Source of the DNA: Gemmatimonadota bacterium
GTDB lineage: Bacteria; Gemmatimonadota; Gemmatimonadetes; Gemmatimonadales; GWC2-71-9
DNA length: 53,347 bases
Assembly: GCA_039591655.1 (NCBI GenBank)
Contig: JBDHDE010000018.1
Span: forward strand, 1 to 53,347
Direction: 5' to 3'
Part shown: positions 1-8,612 of the stretch, in pieces
Layout of the letters: the number at the start of each line of letters is the position of its first letter
How positions within the stretch are numbered: the stretch's first letter is position 1
The notes under the pieces: generated by a model
What the model was told of the DNA's origin: nothing
Database searches by the model: none
Seen by the model: the letters and a program-made list of their open reading frames with translations, nothing else
Made by a program: the position numbers and the translations under genes

Positions 1-1871
1 GCCGCCTCTGCCGGTAGCTCGCTGGCGGGAAGCCCGAAGTCGAGGGGTCCACGGGTGAGCCGCTCGGTCACACGGTCGTCCGGCGGTGCCGGGCGCTCGC
101 CTGCTGCATCGAGTGCGCCCCCCAGCACGGAATCCGCCCGTGCGAACAGGAGAGCCTTGTTGGCGGTGCTGAAGAAGCCGAGCTGAACCTGCCATCTGTC
201 CACCGTGTAACGCACCCGCGGGGCGTCGTGGAACTGGAGCACCGACCCCAGGGCCCGGCGTTCCCATTCGACGACGTGGGCCATCACGTTCTTCGCCTCG
301 AACCACTCCTCCCCGAAGCTCTCCCGGGACACTCCCGACAGCATCCTCTGCATCTGCCGGGCCGCATCCGCCACCTGGCCCAGGGACCTCGCGCCCACGA
401 GGTACGTCAGATCGAGCGCCTCCGCCTCGCTGAGATCCGACAAGTACAACGCCGTCGCCGCCCCGATGATCTCGCTGCGCTCCAGCTCGACCGGGTCCAC
501 CTTGTCGGGCGTGTCCTCCGACGTGTGATGGGTGTAGTCGGGACTGTGGCCGAACATCATGCCCGGGATCTTCCGGTCGATGAACATCATGTGGTCGCTG
601 CCACCGCCGTACGGGGTCACCGCAAAGTTGAACCGCGACAAGCTCCCCCGCGGGCTGCGCACGCTCATGCGGTCCACCATCTGCGCCATGTTCTCCACGA
701 CGTCGTTGAGCGCCGAGGGCATCGAGGCCGGTGTCCGGGTCATGATCATGCGTGAGTGCAGCAGCTCGGGGTGCTCGCCCACCATGTCCATGTTGATGTT
801 GGCGAGCACAGTCCCCCCCAACTCGGGCCCGACCATCTCCGGGTGAGCGTCGATGTACGCCATCGTGCCGTACCACTCCGGCACCCACAGGAAGCGGAGC
901 GAGCGCTTGGGTCGCGGCAGCCTCCCCTCATCGATCAGCGCCTTGAGGGCGCGGGCCATGTCCAGGATGGCTGCGGAGCCGCTGGCATTGTCGTTTGCCG
1001 ACTCCTTGGGGTGGTCGAGGTGCGCGCTGAAGATGATCTCCTCGTCGGGCAGCTCGGAGCCGGGGATGCGCGCCACCACGATGTCCATGAAGTAGGGCTC
1101 CAGCCCGATCCCCTCAGCGCGCCCATGCAGCACGACCCGCTCGCCGCGCTCCAGCATGGCACGGAGGCGCTCCCCCTGCCGCTTGGTGATGTTGAACCCG
1201 AACGTCACACCGTCCAGCTCTTCACTGCGGGGCCACATCCCGGTGTATTGCAGCATGTCGGGGAACAGCTTGGCCCGGTTGTCGTCGAGGTAGCAGACCA
1301 CCGCGGCGGCGCCGTGCTGGAGCACCGCGACCCGGTGCACCGAGCCGCCGTACCCGGTGGCGAGGACGAACTTCCCCCGGACGTCCTTCCCCTCGTAGTC
1401 GGCGTCCTGCGTGCCTCTCCCGACCCACACCAGCTCGGCTGTCACATCTCCCGGATTCGAGTACGTGATGAGACTCATCGCGATCTCGGGGTACCCCACG
1501 ATGCGCTCCTCGTAGGGCTCCACCATGCGGAGCTCGGCCAACGAGATGTCCCAACCGGAGGGGGACTGCCAGGTCTGGTAGTGGAGTCTGCCGTCGGACG
1601 GGAACGACTCGATGTAGGCCTCGCCCTCCGTGAATCCGTAGGCGTGCAACTGCTGCAGCACGTACTGCGCCGCCCCACGGTAGCCCCGGGAGCCCTGGAT
1701 GCGGTGATGGCGGGTGATCTGAATGACGTGATCCTTGGCGATCTCGCCGCTCAGTGCCTCGTGCAGCAGGTCCCGCCGCTCTTGGTCGAGCAGCGGCGCG
1801 AACTCCTGGGCCCGGGCCATGGACGGGACTGCGACGGACGCGAGCAACACAGCCGCAGCGAGCCGGATCAT
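1..1871 (-). CDS. Secreted M28-family aminopeptidase with PA domain (DUF4910-like); 3' end runs off the window
   Basis: Not in the ORF track; translated by hand from ATG at 1871 (AGGAGA RBS upstream). Signal peptide MIRLAAAVLLASVAVPSMARA-Q; M28 zinc motifs SAHLDH, ANDNASG, VPEW, NMDMVG, GSDH, THHTSEDT; PA insert (DYEGKDVRGKFVL). Confidence 0.88.
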   Translation of the reverse strand, partial: MIRLAAAVLLASVAVPSMARAQEFAPLLDQERRDLLHEALSGEIAKDHVIQITRHHRIQGSRGYRGAAQYVLQQLHAYGFTEGEAYIESFPSDGRLHYQTWQSPSGWDISLAELRMVEPYEERIVGYPEIAMSLITYSNPGDVTAELVWVGRGTQDADYEGKDVRGKFVLATGYGGSVHRVAVLQHGAAAVVCYLDDNRAKLFPDMLQYTGMWPRSEELDGVTFGFNITKRQGERLRAMLERGERVVLHGRAEGIGLEPYFMDIVVARIPGSELPDEEIIFSAHLDHPKESANDNASGSAAILDMARALKALIDEGRLPRPKRSLRFLWVPEWYGTMAYIDAHPEMVGPELGGTVLANINMDMVGEHPELLHSRMIMTRTPASMPSALNDVVENMAQMVDRMSVRSPRGSLSRFNFAVTPYGGGSDHMMFIDRKIPGMMFGHSPDYTHHTSEDTPDKVDPVELERSEIIGAATALYLSDLSEAEALDLTYLVGARSLGQVADAARQMQRMLSGVSRESFGEEWFEAKNVMAHVVEWERRALGSVLQFHDAPRVRYTVDRWQVQLGFFSTANKALLFARADSVLGGALDAAGERPAPPDDRVTERLTRGPLDFGLPASELPAEA

Positions 1872-1907
1872 GAGGTCGTCTCCTGTTGTGTGGGGATCAG
1901 CTTTGCA

Positions 1908-1936
1908 ACGATACCGCGGCGTACCGGGAAAGGCGA
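1908..1936 (-). promoter_or_regulatory. Possible sigma70-type promoter for the M28 peptidase
   Basis: Minus strand TCGCCT-N17-TATCGT, about 36 nt upstream of the ATG; the -35 is imperfect. Confidence 0.3.
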
Positions 1937-1968
1937 CGGCTCCGTCCGGCATAGCCGGGCGGAGCCGT
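1936..1968. terminator. Intergenic stem-loop (terminator or REP-like)
   Basis: acggctccgtccggc-ata-gccgggcggagccgt: 15-bp stem with one non-Watson-Crick pair; no clear U-tract. Confidence 0.45.
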
Positions 1969-2040
1969 GCGATTGTGATGTCCGATGTGAGCCGGGCCCA
2001 CCGCCGGCATCCAGCGACCGTTGGGCCCGGGGGCGAGCGT

Positions 2041-2676
2041 CTACGGCGCCCCGTCCCCCACGCGAACCGCGCAGAAGTAGCCCCGCGACTCCCGGCCGGA
2101 GACGCCGCTGCGCCAGTCGCCGGCGAACCCCTCGGGGGACTCGCTGCGGAGCCACAACACCATGTACGCACCGTCGAACGCTAGCACGTCGCGGCGGTTG
2201 CCCGCCGCCCCCAACCGCACCAGGATCTCCGCGAAGGTGCGGCCCTCGGCCTCCCCCCGCCGCTCCAACACCATGGCGCCGGGCTGCGTCGGGTCGAGGG
2301 AGCCGAGCTCGCCCGCATGCACTGCCCCCACGGCGTCGAGATCGATATCAGCGGTTCCGTAGAGAGGCACCGTCAGGCCGGGATCGGGGTCCGCACCGGG
2401 GACGGTGTACTGCCGCAGCGCTTCCTCTTGCCGGTGCAGCCACATCCCGCCGCTGACGGCGCGGCCAGCACTGTCCCCACCGGTCGCCACTAAGGTCAGT
2501 GCGTACTCCCCTGCCTGCCCCTCCATGGTGGCTGTGGGTGGCAGTGTCTCCTCCAGCTGGACACACTCGGGCCGGCTCGCCTGCTGGCTTGCCTGCCCGT
2601 TCCCAGTCTGCGCCGAGCAGCCGCCTGCCAACGCGGCAACAGCGAAGAGTCCAACGACTTCCTTGAGGCGTCGCAT
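2041..2676 (-). CDS. Hypothetical lipoprotein
   Basis: MRRLKEVVGLFAVAALAGG-C lipobox; GGAG RBS overlaps the upstream gene's TAG; beta-rich mature part with two further Cys. Confidence 0.7.
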   Translation of the reverse strand: MRRLKEVVGLFAVAALAGGCSAQTGNGQASQQASRPECVQLEETLPPTATMEGQAGEYALTLVATGGDSAGRAVSGGMWLHRQEEALRQYTVPGADPDPGLTVPLYGTADIDLDAVGAVHAGELGSLDPTQPGAMVLERRGEAEGRTFAEILVRLGAAGNRRDVLAFDGAYMVLWLRSESPEGFAGDWRSGVSGRESRGYFCAVRVGDGAP

Positions 2677-2687
2677 CGCAAACACTC

Positions 2688-4493
2688 CTACCTGATCTGC
2701 CGCACGACGCGACCGGTCGGGTCAACGCCGTACAGGGGACCGCGCCAGAGGTCGTCACCCAGGTCGATCCTCTGGAACCCCGCCATCGCGGGCGGTGCTG
2801 GCGGGACGGTGTACGCCTGGGAGCCCGCGAGGTTAACCTGGTAACCCAGATCCCACAGCGAGGCCGTGGTGATACGGCTCAACGGGTTGGTCATGCCCGA
2901 CGTCACGAACGGGGTCATCAGCTCGAGCCCCAGAACCGTCTCACGCCAATGGCCGTCGGCTTGCCCGAGGGCGGCAGTGTTCTCCACGGGCACGCTGTCC
3001 CCGGCCACGTAGTCATCGCCGCCTAGCGCGTCAAACTCCGCGTTGGCCCTGGGACCGCTGAAGTACGTGTCCACCCCGGGGCTGCTGGGGAGGGAGGGAT
3101 TCACCAGGAATCCCAGGTTGTCCCACAGCGCTCCCACACCGATCGCGTGGGCCATCTCGTGGAGGACCACCTGGGGGAACACCGACAGCCCCACGTCGGC
3201 GCTGTCGAACCGCATGATGCCGACCACAGTTAGCTGGCCGGTGGTCCGAACCAGGCACGGACCTGCCGCTCCGAGGACGCCAAACGGCCCATCGATGGAG
3301 TCGAGCACGGCATACAGCCGCAGATCGTCCACCACGTCGTTGATCTCAGGGTGCGGCACGCCACAGGCACCTGCCGCAACCGGACTCGACGAGAAGTTGA
3401 CGTCGGGCAGCTCCCCGATGATCAACGTCTCCCAGGTGCCCTCGGCGCTTGTGAACGGGGCCATGGTCGGGGAGGTCCAGTTGGTGCCCAGGAACACGAT
3501 CTCGATGTCGTACGAGCTGTTCACCCCCGATGCGGTGAACGTCGCCGGATCTCCGGTGATGCCGGTCCCCGCTACGTCGGCGTCGAGCGTATTGGTGGCG
3601 GGGCTTGCCCCCAGCTCCCAATCCACCGCTCGCGCTATGCCGCTGGCGTCGGTCGCCACCATGCTGGACGCGCCGCCGGCCACCGTGCCACCGCCACCGC
3701 TCACCGAGAACGTGACGTTGATGCCGGGCAGCGGACTGCCGGCACCGTCCTTCACCAGCATGGCCGGTTGAATGTTCACCGCGAAGCCCACCAGGCCCGC
3801 CTGCCCGTCACCTTCGAGCTTCTCCGCGCTCGCCGGCGTGCCCGGCTGGAACGCAGTGGCGGTGAAGCTGGCGCTCCCCGACCCGGACCCCGGTGTCGCC
3901 GTGACGGAGTGACCGCCGGTCGTCGACCCCAACGTCCAGTCGGTCTGTGTCTGCCCCGTGGCGCCTGTGGCACCACTGGTGGGATTCACCGAGCCGCCGT
4001 TCATGGAGACGGCGAAGCTCACCGTCACGCCCTGAATGGGGGTACCCTCGCTGTCGTTCACCTGCACCACCAGCGGGTCGTTGAGGGTCTGGACCACGAT
4101 CCCCGTCTGGGCGTCGCCGGAGACCTTCTGCACCTGCGCCGGCACCTGCGCGACGGTCACCGACACCGTTGCGCTGGCGCTACCGGCAGAGGCCGTGATA
4201 GTGGCGTTGCCGTTGCCCGCGGAGGTGACCAATCCCAAATCGCTCACGGTCGCCACTGATGTGGCGTTCGACGACCAGCCAACCGTCTGGCTCGACATGA
4301 TGTTGCCGTTCTGGTCCCTGACCGTCGCCGTGAGCTGGTCGGTGGCCCCTACGGCGACGAACGAGATGGAGGTCTCGTTCAGCTCGATCGTGGTGGGGAC
4401 GGGCGTTGGCGCCGTGCCGCCGTCGCTGCAAGCCCAGACGAGGGCGGCTGCTGCCAGTAGTCCGCCGGTGATATGCGTGAGACGTCGCTTCAT
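2688..4493 (-). CDS. Lipoprotein with bacterial Ig-like domains and C-terminal leishmanolysin-like (M8) zinc metalloprotease
   Basis: Start reassigned to MKRRLTH; lipobox LVWA-C; Big_2-like repeat (QLTATVRDQNG..WSSNATSVATV) and further Ig repeats (SGDAQTG, EGDGQAG); HEMAHAIG, GHWRE and ELMT Met-turn motifs. Confidence 0.85.
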   Translation of the reverse strand: MKRRLTHITGGLLAAAALVWACSDGGTAPTPVPTTIELNETSISFVAVGATDQLTATVRDQNGNIMSSQTVGWSSNATSVATVSDLGLVTSAGNGNATITASAGSASATVSVTVAQVPAQVQKVSGDAQTGIVVQTLNDPLVVQVNDSEGTPIQGVTVSFAVSMNGGSVNPTSGATGATGQTQTDWTLGSTTGGHSVTATPGSGSGSASFTATAFQPGTPASAEKLEGDGQAGLVGFAVNIQPAMLVKDGAGSPLPGINVTFSVSGGGGTVAGGASSMVATDASGIARAVDWELGASPATNTLDADVAGTGITGDPATFTASGVNSSYDIEIVFLGTNWTSPTMAPFTSAEGTWETLIIGELPDVNFSSSPVAAGACGVPHPEINDVVDDLRLYAVLDSIDGPFGVLGAAGPCLVRTTGQLTVVGIMRFDSADVGLSVFPQVVLHEMAHAIGVGALWDNLGFLVNPSLPSSPGVDTYFSGPRANAEFDALGGDDYVAGDSVPVENTAALGQADGHWRETVLGLELMTPFVTSGMTNPLSRITTASLWDLGYQVNLAGSQAYTVPPAPPAMAGFQRIDLGDDLWRGPLYGVDPTGRVVRQIR

Positions 4494-4663
4494 CAAGGCA
4501 CCGTGGGGGTGGGGGTTCTTGCCAACGTATGCCCCGCCGGGGGCTCGGGCAACACACAGAGTGGCCCGAGCCTGCCGCTGCGCGCGGTGAGCCAGCACAC
4601 ATGACCCTGGGTCAGATCTGAGATCCCGCGACCACTGAGGGGAACGGCAGAGGTGACCACCAG

Positions 4664-5050
4664 CTACCGAATCACCAACTGCATTGAGTCGACCGAGACC
4701 AGCGCGTAGTCCGGGGCCGAGGCCTCCAGCAGCTGGCCGGCATACGCGCTCCGCGCCCCCACGTCCGATACAGAGACACGCACAACGGGCCCGGGACCGA
4801 AGTCACCGGTCACCACCCCGCGCATCTCCCGCTCGCTCAACCGCGTCGTGAAGCTGCGGCACCCGCCACACGCCGCCGTGAGGGTGTCGAGGGTGTTGGG
4901 CTCCACCGCCGTCACGGTGAAGGAGATCGCGCCCAGGTCTGCCACGGGGCTAGACAGCTCCATGACCACCTCTCCCGCCTTGGGACCGGAGTCGCACCCA
5001 GCTGCCAGGACCGCGGCAACGCCGATGAGTGCGCCGCGCAGAACTCGCAT
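4664..5050 (-). CDS. Small lipoprotein with predicted beta-sandwich (cohesin-like) domain
   Basis: Lipobox LAAG-C; start overlaps the M6 protease stop (TGATG); alternating hydrophobic beta-strand pattern. The fold call is inference. Confidence 0.65.
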   Translation of the reverse strand: MRVLRGALIGVAAVLAAGCDSGPKAGEVVMELSSPVADLGAISFTVTAVEPNTLDTLTAACGGCRSFTTRLSEREMRGVVTGDFGPGPVVRVSVSDVGARSAYAGQLLEASAPDYALVSVDSMQLVIR

Positions 5051-7080
5051 CACTCCCTCCCCCGTAGCGTCGCCAGCCCCTCGGCGAGCGCGCGCGCGGT
5101 TAGCGGTGCGTCACCACTCTCCACCCAGGCCAGGAAGTCGCCCACGTCGTAGCCCGCGTTGCGATTGCCCAGCAAGTCGAGGTAGCGCCGCTCGTCTGCG
5201 GTGAGCGTCTGGCTTACCCCGAGCACCTCGTTCACCACGGCGGCGGCCGCCAGGACCGGCGCCGCGATCTCCAGCTGCACCGCCTGCTGCTGGGCCTGCG
5301 ATGCCGAGGTCACCTGCACCGCGACCACAAAGGTGCCGGTCTCGGCGGGGATGCCCGTGAGCATGCCGTCACTGCCCAGCACCATTCCCCCAGGGAGTGC
5401 GCCGCCCACCAGCAGCCAGTCATATATGCCGATGCCGCCACTGGCCTCGAACGCATACTGGTACGCTGTGCCCATCAGACCGGCGGGGGGGGCGGCTGGG
5501 GTCATGACCAGGGCCGGTGCCGTGTTGCTGATGACGACGCGCACCGCCCCCCAGGGGGCCGTGGCGTCGAGCTGCTCGATGGAGTCGATGCTGACCTCCG
5601 TAAGAGCGCCGTTGTTCCGCCGACTCGCCGGGTTGGTGTCCCAGCGGAACAGCGTCTTCCCCGTCACTCCGGGGAATGGATCTCCGGTGTCGCCGCGGTT
5701 CGAACCCGCCTGGAGATGACCCATCCCATCCGCCTGGACCAGGCGCACCGCCTCGGGCGGGAATGCGTTCACCGTGTTGCTGTTCGACCGGCTGCGGGCG
5801 AGCGCCGAGTCGATGTGCCACACGAGGAGCCCCCGCTGGTGCAGCATCGAGTCGGACCCGATGCGCTGGCGGTTCTCCAACAGGAAGTACTCATTGGATC
5901 CGGGGATGGGGATGGCGAACGCCGTATCCGAGTTCTCAACGGGTTCGATCTGGAGCGTGGTGTCGCGGTCGATCAAGACCTCGGTCACCCAACCCAGCTG
6001 CGCCCGGGACCAGGCCATCAGGTGGGCCGGCCGGTTCGCCTTGTTCCAGCCCCCCGACCCCATGAGACCCCAGTGGCCGATGGCTTCGCTGGGTCCGCCG
6101 CCGGTGTTGTAGAGGTCCGGCAGGTCCAGCAGGTGGCCCGTCTCGTGGGTGATCACCCCGGGGGCCTGCGGCTCGTCGGGGGTGCACCCGCCGTCGCCGC
6201 CCTGCCCGCCCTGGATGATGTAGTCGTCCACCCTGATCTTCCCTCCACCCCACGCATCATCCCCAGTCACCAGCGGGCTCCCGGTCCAGCCGCTGTACAC
6301 CCACCGGTGGGCCCAGATGTTGCTCGCGGAGGGCGGGTACACCACCAGGCACGCCCCGTCCACCTCCGGATGCAGCAGCACCACGGCGTCCACGTAGCCG
6401 TCGTCGTCCCCCGAGTTGGGCACGCCGTCGGGGCCGTCGTTGTCGAACTGGCCGTAGTCCACTGTGTCGTCGTGGGCGGCGACCATCTCTTCAATGAGCT
6501 GCGCGACATTCCCGTCGAACCCGAGCCCATTGCTGCTGCCCTCGTAGTACGTCCCGTTCTCGAGCACCCGGGTCCACTCGAACACGGTGCCGTTCACCCG
6601 CAGGGAATCGCCGGAGACCTCCAGGTAATACGTGTGCACCGTGTAGGGCGGCGCTGGCGCGGTGCCGTACAGCCGCGACTGCATCGTGGCACGGGGCATG
6701 GTGCCGACCAGGCTGGCGGAGTCGGTGTCGGCGTAGAGGATGAGGAACGCTGGCAGGTAGACGTCGCCGGCGACCACCGCCTGAGCGGCAGCGCTCACTG
6801 CCGCCAGCTGTCCTCGCTGGACATCCAGGGTCCATTGCGCCCGGAGCGCGCGGCGCCGCTCCGTGACCCTCCGGGCCCGTAGCCTCCAACCGTTGTTAGC
6901 CGAGAAGCGGAACGCGTTGGGATGCCGCGCCAGCACCTCGTAGTAGCCGGCCGGCGGCCTCGCACCGCCCAGGGCACGTCCCAGCATCTCGACGTCCGTC
7001 TGGGCGGACATCGTCCCGGGAACGAGCACGAGGGTGCTCAGCGCCGCGGCGGTCCATGCTGTGGTCCGAAGGGTGGTCAT
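5050..7080 (-). CDS. Secreted M6 family (immune inhibitor A-like) metalloprotease with C-terminal Ig domain and dockerin-like tail
   Basis: Start reassigned to MTTLRTT (signal peptide ending MSA-Q); FDNDGPDG..DDDGYVD Ca loop, IWAHRW, HETGHLLDLPDLY, WGLMGSG, EYFLLENRQ, GLLVWHID, GDPFPG; He_PIG-like segment (GALPGGMVLGSDGMLTGIP). Confidence 0.9.
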   Translation of the reverse strand: MTTLRTTAWTAAALSTLVLVPGTMSAQTDVEMLGRALGGARPPAGYYEVLARHPNAFRFSANNGWRLRARRVTERRRALRAQWTLDVQRGQLAAVSAAAQAVVAGDVYLPAFLILYADTDSASLVGTMPRATMQSRLYGTAPAPPYTVHTYYLEVSGDSLRVNGTVFEWTRVLENGTYYEGSSNGLGFDGNVAQLIEEMVAAHDDTVDYGQFDNDGPDGVPNSGDDDGYVDAVVLLHPEVDGACLVVYPPSASNIWAHRWVYSGWTGSPLVTGDDAWGGGKIRVDDYIIQGGQGGDGGCTPDEPQAPGVITHETGHLLDLPDLYNTGGGPSEAIGHWGLMGSGGWNKANRPAHLMAWSRAQLGWVTEVLIDRDTTLQIEPVENSDTAFAIPIPGSNEYFLLENRQRIGSDSMLHQRGLLVWHIDSALARSRSNSNTVNAFPPEAVRLVQADGMGHLQAGSNRGDTGDPFPGVTGKTLFRWDTNPASRRNNGALTEVSIDSIEQLDATAPWGAVRVVISNTAPALVMTPAAPPAGLMGTAYQYAFEASGGIGIYDWLLVGGALPGGMVLGSDGMLTGIPAETGTFVVAVQVTSASQAQQQAVQLEIAAPVLAAAAVVNEVLGVSQTLTADERRYLDLLGNRNAGYDVGDFLAWVESGDAPLTARALAEGLATLRGRE

Positions 7081-7192
7081 TCTGCTGCCTGTCGTCGCTC
7101 CAGTGCGCCGGGAATCTAGCAAGGTCCCTCCAGTTACAGGTAGGCACTGTAGCCCAATGCCGCCTGGCGGCGCCGTGCGGCCGCTCACGTCC

Positions 7193-7276
7193 GTCCCGGT
7201 CGCAGCGGGAGGCAATTCCGGGTCCCAGTCCCTAGTCCCGGTCGCAGCGGGAGGCGATTCCGGGTCCCACTCCCTA
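7193..7276. repeat. Tandem direct repeat, 2 x 42 bp
   Basis: gtcccggtcgcagcgggaggc(a/g)attccgggtccca(g/c)tcccta at 7193-7234 and 7235-7276; 2 mismatches, no spacer. Confidence 0.9.
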
Positions 7277-7312
7277 ACCCCTTCCCCACCATGAGGTTCC
7301 CACGCCTGGGCC

Positions 7313-7341
7313 TTGTGCGGCGCCATGGGCGGGGGTACAAT
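7313..7341 (+). promoter_or_regulatory. Sigma70-type promoter of the sphingolipid operon
   Basis: TTGTGC-N17-TACAAT, about 68 nt upstream of the GTG at 7410; GAGG RBS just before the start. Confidence 0.65.
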
Positions 7342-7409
7342 CGTAGTGCCCGAAACCGGGGTGCCGGCGGCGGGCTGAGGGCGTTTCCCTTTCCATAAGT
7401 CGAGGACCC

Positions 7410-8612
7410 GTGGACACGCAGACGTTGCAGCAGGTCGCGCTGTTCCAGAAGTGCAAGAACTTCACGACGGCGCGCGAGGTGCAGGCCGCCGGGCTCTACC
7501 CGTACTTCAAGCCCATCTCGAAGGCGGAAGACACGGTGGTCGTCATAGAAGGCGAGGAGAAGGTGATGATGGGGTCCAACAACTACCTGGGCCTCACGCA
7601 CCATCCGCGGGTGCTGGAAGCCGCCAAGCGGGCCCTCGAGCAGTACGGCTCCGGCTGCACCGGCAGCAGGTTCCTCAACGGGACGCTCGACCTCCACGAA
7701 GTGCTCGAGTGCCGCCTGGCCGAGTTCTTCGGCAAGGAGACCGCACTGGTGTTCTCAACCGGCTACTCGGCGAACCTCGGGCTGATCTCCGGGCTGGTAG
7801 GCCGGGGCGACGTCGTGCTCATCGACAAGCTGGACCACGCCTCCATCGTGGACGGCGCCAAGATGTCCTACGGCGAGACCGTCCGGTTCGGGCACGGCAA
7901 CCTGCAGCAGCTCGAGCGGCTGCTCGAGAAGCACCGCCGCCGTGGGATGATGATCATCGTGGACGGTGTCTACTCCATGGAGGGGGACATCGCCGACGTG
8001 CCGAACCTGCTGAAGCTGGCGCAGCGTTACGGCGCCGCTCTCGCCATCGACGACGCCCACGCTGTGGGTGTGCTCGGTCCGCGGGGCGACGGCACGGCGC
8101 CGCACTTCGGCCTGGCCGACGACGTGGACCTCGTCGTGGGCACGTTCTCCAAGTCCCTGGCGTCCATCGGCGGGTTCGTGGCCGGCTCCGAGACCGTGAT
8201 CCACTACCTGAAGCATCACAGCCGCCCGCTCATCTTCACGGCCGCACTGCCGCCGGCCAACACGGCGGGCGTACTGGCGGCGCTGGAGGTGATGATCGCG
8301 GAGCCGGAGCGGCGCGACCAACTGTGGGTCAACACCAAGCGGTTCCAGGAGGGGTGCCGCAGCCTCGGGTTCGACATCGGCAACACGGAGACGCCCATCG
8401 TACCCGTGCTCATCGGCACGCTGCACAACACGTTTGCCTTCTGGCGCAAGCTGTTCGACGCCGGCGTGTTCACCAACCCGGTGGTGCCGCCCGCCGTGCC
8501 GGCCGACGAGTGCCGGCTCCGTGCCAGCCTCATGGCCACGCACACTCCGGAACAGATCGACTTCGCGCTCGATACCTTCCAGCGGCTCGGCCGGGAGATG
8601 GGGGTCATTTGA
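7410..8612 (+). CDS. spt: Serine palmitoyltransferase (alpha-oxoamine synthase family, PLP)
   Basis: GLYPYF N-terminus, GSNNYLGL, GSRFLNGT, DHASIVDG, SMEGD, DDAH, GTFSKS (PLP Lys), NPVVPPAVP; this pattern resembles Bacteroidota-type SPT; context of lipid genes. Confidence 0.85.
   Translation: MDTQTLQQVALFQKCKNFTTAREVQAAGLYPYFKPISKAEDTVVVIEGEEKVMMGSNNYLGLTHHPRVLEAAKRALEQYGSGCTGSRFLNGTLDLHEVLECRLAEFFGKETALVFSTGYSANLGLISGLVGRGDVVLIDKLDHASIVDGAKMSYGETVRFGHGNLQQLERLLEKHRRRGMMIIVDGVYSMEGDIADVPNLLKLAQRYGAALAIDDAHAVGVLGPRGDGTAPHFGLADDVDLVVGTFSKSLASIGGFVAGSETVIHYLKHHSRPLIFTAALPPANTAGVLAALEVMIAEPERRDQLWVNTKRFQEGCRSLGFDIGNTETPIVPVLIGTLHNTFAFWRKLFDAGVFTNPVVPPAVPADECRLRASLMATHTPEQIDFALDTFQRLGREMGVI

Noticed and set aside
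228..2456. Plus-strand ORFs 228-755 and 756-2456 (566 aa)
   Set aside because: Antisense shadows of the minus-strand M28 peptidase, which the ORF track missed because it runs off the window; no motifs.
7193..7276. Possible mini CRISPR array
   Set aside because: Only two copies, directly adjacent with no spacer, and no cas genes in the window.
7081..7326. N-terminal extension of the M6 protease with repeated WDPE(S/L)PPAATGT peptide
   Set aside because: It is simply the translation of the intergenic 42-bp DNA repeat; the signal peptide begins at the ATG at 7080.
7451..8608. N-terminal 386 aa of the 758-aa ORF 7451-9727, and likewise 8947-9723 of the 594-aa ORF
   Set aside because: Arg/Gly/Pro-rich off-frame read-through overlapping real genes; the true starts are the TTGA and GTGA overlaps at 8609 and 9724. 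No frameshift or fusion is needed.
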